Shown: positions 9,036 through 17,922, counted from the stretch's first letter. The stretch: 64,000 nt of DNA from an uncultured Candidatus Saccharibacteria bacterium (GCA_964536745.1 CAZHYL010000002.1:68969-132968); one strand, 5' to 3'. Notes: generated by a model from the sequence alone, not told the origin. Made by a program: numbers and translations.

Positions 9036-9842
9036 CTAGTAATGAATTTCACCGAACCTGTCTAATTGGTGAATATCTTTGTATATTTTAGAGAAGATAT
9101 TTCGGTTTGTTTTAAAATAAAGTGGATCGGATTCAATTAAAATGATTCCACCAGGTTTTATATAGGTTTGAGCTTGCCCTAAGAACTTGCCAAGGAGTTC
9201 AAAATCTTTGGCTTTGTCTACTAAAGCCAGCTTGGGTTCGTACTTTAAATTTTTGTACAACTTCCTGTAATCATTTAACGGTACATAAGGTAGATTGGCA
9301 ATTATTAGATCGTATTTTTTGGAGATGCCATTAAATAGATTATGCTTTGAAAATGAAACTTTAACTTTCTGTATCTTTGCGTTTTCTTTGGCAACTTTTA
9401 GGGCTCTACTGGAAATATCTGTAGCAGTAATCCACACATTTTTACTTTTCAGTGTCTTTGCGATACTTATAGCTATACAGCCAGATCCAGTACCAACCTC
9501 TAAGATATGTATTGATTTTTTATTCTTTACCTTTTGCTTCACCAACTCTAAGGTTCTTTCCACTAGCCATTCGGATTCAGGACGTGGAATCAAAACGTTT
9601 TGGTTCACTAGGAATTTTAGACCGTAAAAGTTTTTAAATCCCACAAGATATGCAACTGGCCAGCCAAGTTTTCTTTTTTTAATTAGACCATCTAACCTCT
9701 TCAACAAATTTACAGGAACTGCTTGAGTGTAATTCATATACAATTGTTCCTTGGTCATACTTAAAAGATGAGACAAAAGTAGTTCTGTCTCATCTGGGTG
9801 GATGCTCTTTCGATATTTTGCTAAAGTCTCTTTGATTGTCAT
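9036..9842 (-). CDS. prmC: Release-factor glutamine N5-methyltransferase (HemK/PrmC)
   Basis: 268 aa with SAM-binding motif LEVGTGSGCIAI and NLPY (NPPY-type) motif. Overlaps prfA by 4 bp, the canonical prfA-prmC pairing. Confidence 0.8.
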   Translation of the reverse strand: MTIKETLAKYRKSIHPDETELLLSHLLSMTKEQLYMNYTQAVPVNLLKRLDGLIKKRKLGWPVAYLVGFKNFYGLKFLVNQNVLIPRPESEWLVERTLELVKQKVKNKKSIHILEVGTGSGCIAISIAKTLKSKNVWITATDISSRALKVAKENAKIQKVKVSFSKHNLFNGISKKYDLIIANLPYVPLNDYRKLYKNLKYEPKLALVDKAKDFELLGKFLGQAQTYIKPGGIILIESDPLYFKTNRNIFSKIYKDIHQLDRFGEIHY

Positions 9843-10909
9843 GACTTAATAGATGCTTTTTTGAGTTCTAGTTCAGCTTTTCTAAGACTGTTCATTATAG
9901 GTTCAAACTGACCTTCCATTATTAAGTTAATCTGGTTGAAGTTCTGGTTTATACGGTGATCTGTTACACGGTCTTGAGGGAAATTGTAAGTTCGAATTTT
10001 TTCGCTGCGATCGCCTGTACCAATCTGACTACGTCTGCTATCTGTAATTTTCTTTTCTTCAATTTCTTGGTAGTAACTAGAGACACGGGCGCGAATAACT
10101 GCCAAAGCTTTTTCTTTATTTTGAGCTTGGCTACGTTCGTCTTGGCAGGTAGCAACTATACCTGTAGGAATGTGAACTATCCGAATCGCGCTGTAAGTTG
10201 TATTAACACTTTGTCCGCCTGCACCAGAAGAAGTTGTAGCTTCAATCTTTAAATCTTTTGGATCGATAGCGTAATCTTTTTCTTCAAGCTCGGGCATCAC
10301 GGCAACTGTAATTGTTGAAGTATGAACACGGCCACTCTTTTCTGTTTCTGGTACGCGCTGGACGCGATGTACTCCAGATTCAAACTTAAAGATACCGTAA
10401 GGGCCTATCCCATTTTGTGGTCTACCTTGGATTTCAAAAATAATTTCTTTGAAACCGCCAACTTCACTTTTGGAATTCGATACTACATGTACTTGCCACT
10501 TGAATTGTTCAGCATATTTAGAATATGCTCTAAACATTTCAGCTACGAATAACGACGCTTCGTCACCACCAGCTCCGGCACGCATTTCGATAATGGTATT
10601 ATTTTCGTCACGTTCATCTTTTGGAATAAGCAAAGTTTCAATCTCTTCGGTAAGAACTAGGATTTTTGACTCAAGATTATGGATCTCTTCCAGAGCCATA
10701 TTTTTTATTTCTTCATCTTGGTTTTCTAAGAGTTCTTGATTATCTTTTAGTTCAGTTTCGCATTTAGAGAGTGTTTGTATCTTTTCAACAATAGGTAAGA
10801 GTTCGGCCTGTCTTTTTCCGGTTTTAGCTAAATCAAAATCACCCCCAGAGCTCATTTGCTCTGTGAGTTGTTGGTATTCATCTAAAATTTTCTGAAATCC
10901 TTTATTCAT
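9839..10909 (-). CDS. prfA: Peptide chain release factor 1
   Basis: 356 aa with GGQ motif (SGAGGQSVNTTYSAIRIVHIPTG) and PxT-type RF1 region. Confidence 0.95.
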   Translation of the reverse strand: MNKGFQKILDEYQQLTEQMSSGGDFDLAKTGKRQAELLPIVEKIQTLSKCETELKDNQELLENQDEEIKNMALEEIHNLESKILVLTEEIETLLIPKDERDENNTIIEMRAGAGGDEASLFVAEMFRAYSKYAEQFKWQVHVVSNSKSEVGGFKEIIFEIQGRPQNGIGPYGIFKFESGVHRVQRVPETEKSGRVHTSTITVAVMPELEEKDYAIDPKDLKIEATTSSGAGGQSVNTTYSAIRIVHIPTGIVATCQDERSQAQNKEKALAVIRARVSSYYQEIEEKKITDSRRSQIGTGDRSEKIRTYNFPQDRVTDHRINQNFNQINLIMEGQFEPIMNSLRKAELELKKASIKS

Positions 10910-11010
10910 AACTATATAATTGTACTTTTTATGCGATTTTTCCGCAAGATAGCACCTTTGACAGCATTGATAAGAATCGATAGAATATGTGTTGGTCTGA
11001 AGGAGGGAAA

Positions 11011-11238
11011 ATGGATAGTAAAATGATTCGATTGATGGACTTTGTTAACAGTCATCCTTTTGTTTGCTTGGTATCTTTCGTTTTAATTGGAATGTATTCA
11101 TACCTATCAGTCATCGTTGATATTTCTTTGGCAAAGAGAATGGTAGGTTACTCACTGATCGTACTTTGTACTAGCGGATCTTTACTTGTGTTGTTCAAGA
11201 TTTTGATTGGTCCAGACACCAAAAAACCACCTAAATAG
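11011..11238 (+). CDS. Small hypothetical membrane protein (two TM segments)
   Basis: GGAGGG RBS before the internal Met (MDSKMIRL...). The track ORF starts earlier, at 10987. Confidence 0.4.
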   Translation: MDSKMIRLMDFVNSHPFVCLVSFVLIGMYSYLSVIVDISLAKRMVGYSLIVLCTSGSLLVLFKILIGPDTKKPPK

Positions 11239-11251
11239 GTGGTCTTTTTTA
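11221..11251. terminator. Bidirectional terminator (CCACCT-aaat-AGGTGG) between 11011-11238 (+) and rpmE (-)
   Basis: Perfect 6-bp stem flanked by an A-run and a T-run. Confidence 0.55.
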
Positions 11252-11515
11252 TTCAGTCTTAGCTCCTCTTGTTTTACGAGGTTTCTTTTCTTTCTTGCTA
11301 CTTGCTGCCATAGCCCCAGCTTCACGGCGCTTCTTGAACCGGTCTACATTACCTGTAGTGTCAAGAATTTTCTGTTTTCCGGTGTAAAATGGGTGGCAAT
11401 TACTGCAAATTTCAGTGTTAATAGCTTCAATTGTAGAGCCAGTAACAAAGGAATTTCCGCAAGAACAAGTGACTTTTACGTCTGAATAATATTGTGGATG
11501 AATTCCAGCTTTCAT
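11249..11515 (-). CDS. rpmE: Ribosomal protein L31
   Basis: [10 protein letters not shown]...CSCGN...[12 protein letters not shown]: L31 zinc-ribbon signature with a basic C-terminal tail. Confidence 0.9.
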   Translation of the reverse strand: MKAGIHPQYYSDVKVTCSCGNSFVTGSTIEAINTEICSNCHPFYTGKQKILDTTGNVDRFKKRREAGAMAASSKKEKKPRKTRGAKTE

Positions 11516-11575
11516 GATTTTATTGTTAAAAATTTGGAAATTATTTAGTGCAAACTTTTCTAATTGTAGCTATCC

Positions 11576-11604
11576 TTGCGCATTTCGTCAAGACCTGCTA
11601 TAAT
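11576..11604 (+). promoter_or_regulatory. Sigma-70-type promoter for rpsB-tsf (TTGCGC, 17-nt spacer, TATAAT)
   Basis: Hexamers read directly from the sequence. A roughly 95-nt leader follows with a long-range stem (atatctcgg ... ccgagatag) before the rpsB ATG. Confidence 0.5.
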
Positions 11605-11702
11605 TTCGTGGTAATTAACAAACATATCTCGGCGTTGTCCTGTCCCTTCTAGCCATTCTGGTGGAAGCAGATATCCGAGATAGGTGAGAAAGGATAACAA
11701 TT

Positions 11703-12416
11703 ATGAAAGATATTAGTCTTTTAGAATTGCTCAAAAGTGGAGCTCATTTTGGTCACAAAGCTTCTCGCTGGAACCCAAAAATGAAGCCGTTTATCTTCTC
11801 GACCAGAAATAATATTCATATTATTGATCTCGAGAAAACTAGAAACAGTTTGCAGAAAGCTGTTAGTTTTGTAGCTGAAGTAGCGAAAAGTGGTGGGGTA
11901 GTATTGTTTATCGGTACTAAACGCCAGTCTCGTGATGTTGTAAAACAGCAAGCCGAGAGTTGTGGTATGCCATATGTAAACCTACGTTGGCTTGGTGGTA
12001 CTTTCACTAACTTCCGAACAATTCAAAAAACTGTCCGTAAGTTAGAAAAGTTACAAAGTCGTAAAGATTCACCAGACTTTGAACAAAAGTACACAAAGAA
12101 AGAACGTCTATTGATTGAAAGAGAAATTGAAAAGTTAACAAAATTATTCTCTGGAATTAAAGATATGAAGAAAACTCCACAAGCTGTCTTCATTACAGAT
12201 ATTCATCACGATAAAATTGCTTTAACAGAAGCACGAAAAATGAAAGTACCGGTAATTGCGATTACAGATACTAACACTGATCCAAGTTTAGTAGATTACG
12301 CAATTCCAGCAAATGATGATGCTGTTGCTGCGGTCAGCTTGATTACTCAAGTTATTGCAGAAGCAATTAATGCGAACAAATCTGCTGTTACTGCTCCAAG
12401 CGTGTCAGCAGAATAG
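11703..12416 (+). CDS. rpsB: Ribosomal protein S2
   Basis: 237 aa with conserved S2 N-terminus (LLKSGAHFGHKASRWNPKM). Confidence 0.95.
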   Translation: MKDISLLELLKSGAHFGHKASRWNPKMKPFIFSTRNNIHIIDLEKTRNSLQKAVSFVAEVAKSGGVVLFIGTKRQSRDVVKQQAESCGMPYVNLRWLGGTFTNFRTIQKTVRKLEKLQSRKDSPDFEQKYTKKERLLIEREIEKLTKLFSGIKDMKKTPQAVFITDIHHDKIALTEARKMKVPVIAITDTNTDPSLVDYAIPANDDAVAAVSLITQVIAEAINANKSAVTAPSVSAE

Positions 12417-12433
12417 AATTAAAATAAAATACT

Positions 12434-13018
12434 ATGTCTGATAATAATTTAATCAAAGATTTAAGAGAGCAAACTGGCGCAGGTATTATGGATGTAAAAG
12501 AAGCGCTTGAAGAAGCTGGTAACGATAAAGATAAAGCTATCGAAATTTTGCGTAAAAAGGGCTTAGCCAAGCAAGCAAAAAAAGCAGATCGTACTGCTAA
12601 CGAAGGTTTGGTTGAAAGTTACATTCACGCAGGTGGCCGCATTGGTGTTTTGTTAGAAGTTAACTGCGAAACTGATTTCGTAGCTAGAACAGATGATTTC
12701 AAAAACTTAGTTAAAGAAATCGCCTTACATATTGCTGCAAGCAATCCATTATATATTTCCAAAGAAGATGTTCCTGCAGAAGTTATTGAAAAGGAAAAGG
12801 AAATTTATAAAGAGCAATTTGCTGGTAAGCCAGATGATGTAATCGAGAAAATGCTTGAAGGTAAAGTTGCTAAATACTACGAAGAAGTTTGTCTTCTAGA
12901 GCAACCATTCGTAAGAGATGGCGAGAAAACCATTGGTGGACTTCTTGGCGAAGCAACTGGAAAAATGGGTGAGAACATCCAAATCCGAAGGTTCGCAAGA
13001 TTTATGCTAGGTAACTAG
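12434..13018 (+). CDS. tsf: Elongation factor Ts
   Basis: 194 aa with UBA-like N-terminus (IKDLREQTGAGIMDVKEALEEAGND) and EF-Ts core. The rpsB-tsf pairing is the usual one. Confidence 0.9.
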   Translation: MSDNNLIKDLREQTGAGIMDVKEALEEAGNDKDKAIEILRKKGLAKQAKKADRTANEGLVESYIHAGGRIGVLLEVNCETDFVARTDDFKNLVKEIALHIAASNPLYISKEDVPAEVIEKEKEIYKEQFAGKPDDVIEKMLEGKVAKYYEEVCLLEQPFVRDGEKTIGGLLGEATGKMGENIQIRRFARFMLGN

Positions 13019-13030
13019 AATTTGTATAAT

Positions 13031-13064
13031 AAAAGACCTCGATTTATTGTCGAGGTCTTTTATT
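13031..13064 (+). terminator. Rho-independent terminator after tsf
   Basis: agacctcga-tttattg-tcgaggtct followed by a T-run. Confidence 0.6.
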
Positions 13065-13099
13065 TAATGGTATACTAGGTTTAAGTAATTTATATTTTC

Positions 13100-13867
13100 G
13101 TGCCTTATAACATCATTTTGAACATTCTTTTTGTTTTGTCCGCTCTTGGGTTGGTTTTAATGGTCCTAAAAAAACTTCCTGAAGCAACTTCGCAGGCTCA
13201 CACAGAAAAGAAGCAAAAAGATGCTAAGCAAACAGCGGACGAAATTCTCGGACAAAAAGGTTTACCTGCTAAGGCTTACTCTAAGACCAAAGCTTTTGCT
13301 CAGGTTGCAGGTCATAAAGTTTGGCAGTTTTTACTTGAGGCTAAGGGTTTGAAGCATGCCCCAAAGGTTAATTATAATTTCCAGAAAGTACTTAAGACTG
13401 TTCGTCCAGATGTTCAGCCCCCGATAGTGAAGAACGAGAAGTACTATATAAATTTAATTAAACGCAATCCTAGAGATAATTCTTACTATGATATGCTAGG
13501 ACAATTTTATCTAGAAGAAAAGAAATTGAACGATGCGCTTAACGTTTATGATTATTTAGTTAATCACGCTCCAACCAATGCGTTGTACTGGGTTAGATTT
13601 GGTTTAACTGCGCTTCATTTACATCATTACAAAAAAGCTGAAGAAGCATACAGAAAAGCAATCGATTTAGACTCAAGCAACCCTAGCAGGTTTTATAATT
13701 TGGCCTTGGCTCTTCAAGGTCAGAAAAAGTATAAGGAAGGCGCAGAAGCATTGCATCAAGCTTTGGCATTAGAGCCAGGAAACCGTAAATATGCGGATTT
13801 GGCTTTCGAGTTAGAGAGCAAAGCAAAAACAGCGGTCCCTATTGAAAAAATTCATAAAACAGAGTAA
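13100..13867 (+). CDS. TPR-repeat protein with N-terminal TM anchor
   Basis: 255 aa with an N-terminal hydrophobic segment and several TPR-like repeats (YYDMLGQFYLEEKK..., ALYWVRFGLTAL..., AYRKAIDLD...). Confidence 0.65.
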   Translation: MPYNIILNILFVLSALGLVLMVLKKLPEATSQAHTEKKQKDAKQTADEILGQKGLPAKAYSKTKAFAQVAGHKVWQFLLEAKGLKHAPKVNYNFQKVLKTVRPDVQPPIVKNEKYYINLIKRNPRDNSYYDMLGQFYLEEKKLNDALNVYDYLVNHAPTNALYWVRFGLTALHLHHYKKAEEAYRKAIDLDSSNPSRFYNLALALQGQKKYKEGAEALHQALALEPGNRKYADLAFELESKAKTAVPIEKIHKTE

Positions 13868-14011
13868 ACTATCTAAGTACCTATTAGCATTTCTCTTTAT
13901 CTATAATTGTTTCGAGGAATACCCTTTAAGGAGATCCTCTGTTGCCCAGTTTCGCGAAGCGAAACGTAGCACAGGCGATCGACGTAAGGGTGTCCGAGAA
14001 ACATCACACTG

Positions 14012-14087
14012 GCCGTTGTAGCTCAGTTGGTAGAGCATCTCCATGGTAAGGAGAAGGTCTGCGGTTCAATCCCGCACAACGGCTCCA
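14012..14087 (+). tRNA. tRNA-Thr (anticodon GGT)
   Basis: Cloverleaf read manually: acceptor GGCCGTT / AACGGCT, anticodon loop cTCCAtGGTaaGGAGa. Confidence 0.85.
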
Positions 14088-14088
14088 G

Positions 14089-14175
14089 GGTAGGTAGCGA
14101 AGCGGTCAAACGCAGCTGACTGTAAATCAGCCGGCCTTGTGCCTTCACAGGTTCGAATCCTGTCCTGCCCACCAC
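14089..14175 (+). tRNA. tRNA-Tyr (anticodon GTA), long variable arm, CCA encoded
   Basis: Anticodon loop gaCTGTAAAtc, T-arm GGTTCGAATCC, 3' CCCACCA. Confidence 0.85.
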
Positions 14176-14176
14176 A

Positions 14177-14208
14177 AAACAACACTTAAGAAGTGTTGTT
14201 TTGTTTTA
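14177..14208 (+). terminator. Rho-independent terminator after the tRNA-Thr/Tyr pair
   Basis: aacaacactt-aag-aagtgttgtt followed by ttgtttt. Confidence 0.55.
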
Positions 14209-14217
14209 TATACATAA

Positions 14218-14244
14218 AATAAAAAACCGAGCTTTTGGGCTCGG
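14218..14244 (-). terminator. Minus-strand terminator for CDS 14268-14762
   Basis: ccgagc-tttt-gggctcgg preceded on the plus strand by an A-run, which is the U-run on the minus strand. Confidence 0.5.
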
Positions 14245-14267
14245 TGCAACCATTCTTTGTGAAAGGT

Positions 14268-14762
14268 TTACCTGTTACTAACCGGAGTTAGTGTGACAGG
14301 CTTTTTTGCTGCCTCTCTGACAGCTGCCGATTTGATTGTCAAAACATTTTGGATCTCTTTAGGAAGACCTTCAATGTTTTGTAGGAGTTCCTCGTAAAGA
14401 TAAATCTGGGGGACGTTTCTGACATCCGCTTCTAAGATTCGGGGTTTTCCGTCCATGAGGACGTAGATCCCATCGATCACTCCCGGTTTATTGGAAGTGC
14501 TAATCCTCACGGATTTTACGTTGCCGGCCGTATCCAAATCAATCGCGTAGGAGTTAGGCTTTTTGGACATCATGTAGAGCCTGCCTTCGACAGTCATCTC
14601 TTTTGTAAACACTGTGCGAAAGATCCATCCGTTCGAAAGGGTTTGATCCTGCGTGTAACCGCCATCACTCCACCTAACGAGATTTGAAGGAGTTTGACCA
14701 TTGACTTCGGTAATAAGCATGAAGCTGTATAGCAAAGCCAAAGCCACGAAGATTTTTTTCAT
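14268..14762 (-). CDS. Hypothetical secreted protein (signal peptide), higher GC than the surroundings
   Basis: 164 aa with N-terminal MKKIFVALALLYSFMLITEVNG. The gene is about 45% GC, against about 35% for the host average, and sits between two tRNA clusters. Confidence 0.6.
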   Translation of the reverse strand: MKKIFVALALLYSFMLITEVNGQTPSNLVRWSDGGYTQDQTLSNGWIFRTVFTKEMTVEGRLYMMSKKPNSYAIDLDTAGNVKSVRISTSNKPGVIDGIYVLMDGKPRILEADVRNVPQIYLYEELLQNIEGLPKEIQNVLTIKSAAVREAAKKPVTLTPVSNR

Positions 14763-15145
14763 CTATGGTATTCCTCTTTTTGGTTTGTGCTAGAACAAAT
14801 TTTCTGTTCCGCGTTCCCTTCTTCGCGAAACACAAATTAATTGTTTTAAAGTGCGTATACTATAACATTAGTTTGCATTTTTGTCAATACAACATGTTTT
14901 TTGTTGGACATGCTATTGAAAACATTTTAGGCAAAAGAAAAAGCGCGAGGAGGTGCGCGCTTAAAAAAAATGCAAACGGAAACTCCGATTAACCCTATGA
15001 AAACGGTGGTAAAATACGGATTCCCGCGGAGGACAATTCCTCCCTATATAAATTGAAATGCTATAAAAGCAATGCTATTTTAGCAGGCAAACTAGACAAA
15101 GTCAAGGGTTTGTGTTAAACTTTGAAAGTTATTTAAGCCATTTAA

Positions 15146-15222
15146 GCCGGCTTAGCTCAGCTGGTTAGAGCAACGGTTTTGTAAACCGTAGGTCGTCGGT
15201 CCGAATCCGACAGCCGGCTCCA
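15146..15222 (+). tRNA. tRNA-Thr (anticodon TGT), CCA encoded
   Basis: Acceptor GCCGGCT / AGCCGGC, anticodon loop ACGGTtTTGTAaACCGT. Confidence 0.85.
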
Positions 15223-15235
15223 TTAAGAAAACAAT

Positions 15236-15391
15236 ATGTCACAAGACCACAGAATTCAGTTGGAATGCACAGTGTGCCGCAATATCAACTACAATACATC
15301 CAAGAATAAAAAGAACACTCAAGCACGACTTGAAATAAATAAGTATTGTAAGCACTGTCGAAAGCAGACCTCACATAAAGAAACCAAATAA
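15236..15391 (+). CDS. rpmG: Ribosomal protein L33 (51 aa, below the ORF-track length cutoff)
   Basis: Manual translation gives [51 protein letters not shown]: a CxxC...CxxC zinc ribbon. The tRNA-Thr / rpmG / tRNA-Trp neighbourhood is the conserved one. Confidence 0.8.
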   Translation: MSQDHRIQLECTVCRNINYNTSKNKKNTQARLEINKYCKHCRKQTSHKETK

Positions 15392-15396
15392 GACAT

Positions 15397-15420
15397 CCCT
15401 CGCTCTGCGAGGGAGTTTGG
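15397..15420 (+). terminator. Hairpin CCCTCGC-tct-GCGAGGG after rpmG; weak T-tract
   Basis: Perfect 7-bp stem seen in the sequence. Confidence 0.35.
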
Positions 15421-15441
15421 TATAATATGAAGCGAAGATAT

Positions 15442-15515
15442 GGGGGCTTCGTATAATGGTAGTACAATGGTCTCCAAAACCATTTGCGTAGGTTCGATTC
15501 CTACAGCCCCTGCCA
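15442..15515 (+). tRNA. tRNA-Trp (anticodon CCA), CCA encoded
   Basis: Anticodon loop gtCTCCAAAac, T-arm GTAGGTTCGATTCCTAC. Confidence 0.85.
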
Positions 15516-15573
15516 CAAAAATACTCAGCATTTGCTGGGTGTTTTTGTTTGAGGGCAAACGAGAATCGAACTG

Positions 15574-16182
15574 GTGTATAATATTCCTATGGATGACAAA
15601 ACTATCTTAGCTTACGACAATTACGCAGAAAAATATGATGAAGAGACGATAGATTTTTGGGAAAGATTTCCAAGAACATTTTTTGATAAGTTTATTTCTC
15701 TTAGCTCAGGAAAGATTCTAGACATCGGGAGTGGTCCGGGGATAGATGGTAAGATCTTACAAAGTAATGGACTCGAGGTAATTTGCGTAGATGCTTCTCA
15801 GTCTATGGTAGAGTTGTCTGCCAAGCGCGGCTTAAAATCAATCGTTGCTGATTTTGCCGAGTTACCATTTGAAGATAACCATTTTGATGGGGTGTGGGCA
15901 TATACTTCCTTGTTACACGTTCCGAAAAAACAAATGAATCAGTCCATCATTGAACTCAAAAGGGTATTGAAACCAAATGGTATTTTTGGACTAGGAATGA
16001 TTGAAGGGGATACAGAAGAGTATAGAGTTACCTCAAAAGTAATAGAACCTAGATGGTTTAGCTTTTATAATAGAAATGAGCTTGAGACTTTATTGAAAGA
16101 GAACGGATTTGATATTTTGTATTTTGAACAGTTTAAGCCAAACACGAAAAACTATTTAAACTTCATAGCACGTAATAGTTAA
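15574..16182 (+). CDS. Class I SAM-dependent methyltransferase
   Basis: 202 aa with motif I ILDIGSGPGIDG. Confidence 0.7.
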   Translation: MYNIPMDDKTILAYDNYAEKYDEETIDFWERFPRTFFDKFISLSSGKILDIGSGPGIDGKILQSNGLEVICVDASQSMVELSAKRGLKSIVADFAELPFEDNHFDGVWAYTSLLHVPKKQMNQSIIELKRVLKPNGIFGLGMIEGDTEEYRVTSKVIEPRWFSFYNRNELETLLKENGFDILYFEQFKPNTKNYLNFIARNS

Positions 16183-16220
16183 AATAGTTCTAACATCCTC
16201 TACCACGCCCTGCCACAAAA

Positions 16221-16242
16221 ATCGCCGCGATGGCGGTTTTTT
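16221..16242 (+). terminator. Rho-independent terminator (CGCC-gcgat-GGCG followed by tttttt) after the methyltransferase
   Basis: Read directly from the sequence. It immediately follows a repeat of the tRNA-Trp 3' end. Confidence 0.45.
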
Positions 16243-16256
16243 GCTATCCTATAAAT

Positions 16257-17021
16257 ATGAATGAACATAGGGAACAACATTTAAGTCCAGAAAGAATGAA
16301 AGGCGAACAAGTCGCCTCCATGGTAAAGGAAGTGTTTGATAAATTCCCCTTTGAAGTTACACAGCACTTGGTTGATTCAAATGTTGTATTAACGCTTGCA
16401 GGAATGAAAGGTCAGACTGAATTTTTTATAGATGTCCCAGATGAATCTCAAGATGAAAGAATTATTCAAGGGATTAATGAGCTAAGTCAAAAATTACAAT
16501 CAATTGATTCAAATATAATTATGAGGTTGGAGCGTGAACCTTTCCCTGCAGCGAGTGATGGTGTGAGGACGATGATGGTGAATGTTCTGAACCTTTCTAC
16601 TTTAGAGGAGTGGATTCAAAAAACAAAACTTTGTGATTTACCCAAGTTTGATAAATCACAGGGTTTTGCTGGATTTGATAAATGGCGCGAAGACGTCGTC
16701 GAAAAATTTGGAGAAGATAGTGATGAGCAAGAAATGGGGGTCGGCGTTAGAAAAGGCTACCCTGATCAAGCGATTCTAGATTTTATTGATTGGTACAATA
16801 CTGGACGTGAAAAAGTTAAAGAAGATGCGAAAATTCTGAATACTGGTTTATATGATGAAGCTCAGCCGATTTATAGCTATTATGCAGAGCATGCTAATGA
16901 TCCAGAGATAGTCGATAATGTAAATCGATCATCAGAGATTCTCGCTGGTTTTTATCAGAGCCAGTGGCACAAGGAAATCGCTCCACGACTAGAATTTAAA
17001 AAGGGTCGCAATCTTGAATAA
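16257..17021 (+). CDS. Hypothetical protein
   Basis: About 254 aa. Start moved to MNEHREQ, which follows a TATAAAT box. No recognisable domain. Confidence 0.5.
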   Translation: MNEHREQHLSPERMKGEQVASMVKEVFDKFPFEVTQHLVDSNVVLTLAGMKGQTEFFIDVPDESQDERIIQGINELSQKLQSIDSNIIMRLEREPFPAASDGVRTMMVNVLNLSTLEEWIQKTKLCDLPKFDKSQGFAGFDKWREDVVEKFGEDSDEQEMGVGVRKGYPDQAILDFIDWYNTGREKVKEDAKILNTGLYDEAQPIYSYYAEHANDPEIVDNVNRSSEILAGFYQSQWHKEIAPRLEFKKGRNLE

Positions 17022-17072
17022 TATGATGGAGTCTGTGTATAAAACAAGCTTGCGTGAGCAGGATTTAGATTT

Positions 17073-17921
17073 ATGACATACAACCCAGAAATATCGCATC
17101 ATAACTTTATCGATAATAACCGTGAAGTTAGCCCAGAAGCTAAGCTTACTGGTTTAATGAGTTCGGTTTCAGAAAAGCAAAATTTGGAGCTTGAACAGCG
17201 CTTTGGTTTAAGTAAGCTTTTGGATTCAGAAGGTAGAATATCCAGTGCAGATTACGGTTCCGTTTATACTGAACAGGAATTAAATGAGTTTTTGGCTACT
17301 TTAAATAAAATGGAACAGAAATTTTCAGAAAAGAATTCTGGACATTTTTCTGATAGAGAACAATGGAAGGCGGATAAATCAAAAAGTAAAGGTAATCAAA
17401 CAGAGCTGGCTATAACTTGCTTATTGTATAAAATGTTAGGTGATAGATACTTGGTAGCACGAACGAACGAATATGATGATTATACAAATGGTGCAGACAA
17501 CGTGCTGATAGATAAAGAAACAGGGGTTGCGATTTGCGCTTTCGATGAAGTGTATGACCGCGAGGAAGAGCGCACTAATGCAGAAAAGAAGCAATTAAAA
17601 GTTTTAGAGATTGCTCTCGCAGGTGGTACTGATATAAATTTCGGAGTTGTGTCCGAGGAGGGTGTTTTAAAAAGAGGGAAACAAGAAAATTTGCCCATTT
17701 TCTATTTGGGTTTGAATAAGGAAGAATTGAATGAATTACTTCAAGAAATGGCTGACGACCCAAATGAAAAAACTGATTTAGAAAGAGTTGTCTACGCGAA
17801 GTTAATGAAATCTATTGCCCAGCAGTTTGTTGTGCTAATGCGACAGAATCTTCCAGAGAAGGTAAAAGAAAATTTATTTAAATTTAAAGAGTCGTTTAGT
17901 AAAGTTCAGATCCCTAAGTAG
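17073..17921 (+). CDS. Hypothetical protein (acidic, coiled-coil-rich)
   Basis: 282 aa ORF with no recognisable domain. Confidence 0.5.
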   Translation: MTYNPEISHHNFIDNNREVSPEAKLTGLMSSVSEKQNLELEQRFGLSKLLDSEGRISSADYGSVYTEQELNEFLATLNKMEQKFSEKNSGHFSDREQWKADKSKSKGNQTELAITCLLYKMLGDRYLVARTNEYDDYTNGADNVLIDKETGVAICAFDEVYDREEERTNAEKKQLKVLEIALAGGTDINFGVVSEEGVLKRGKQENLPIFYLGLNKEELNELLQEMADDPNEKTDLERVVYAKLMKSIAQQFVVLMRQNLPEKVKENLFKFKESFSKVQIPK

Positions 17922-17922
17922 C

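Noticed and set aside
9295-10739. Plus-strand ORFs 9295-9627, 9956-10252, 10322-10552 and 10449-10739
   Set aside because: Antisense to prmC and prfA, which are unambiguous.
14765-15558. Track ORFs 14765-14992 (+), 15285-15467 (-) and 15319-15558 (-)
   Set aside because: They overlap tRNA-Trp or terminator structures, or lie in spacer with no RBS. rpmG on the plus strand explains the region.
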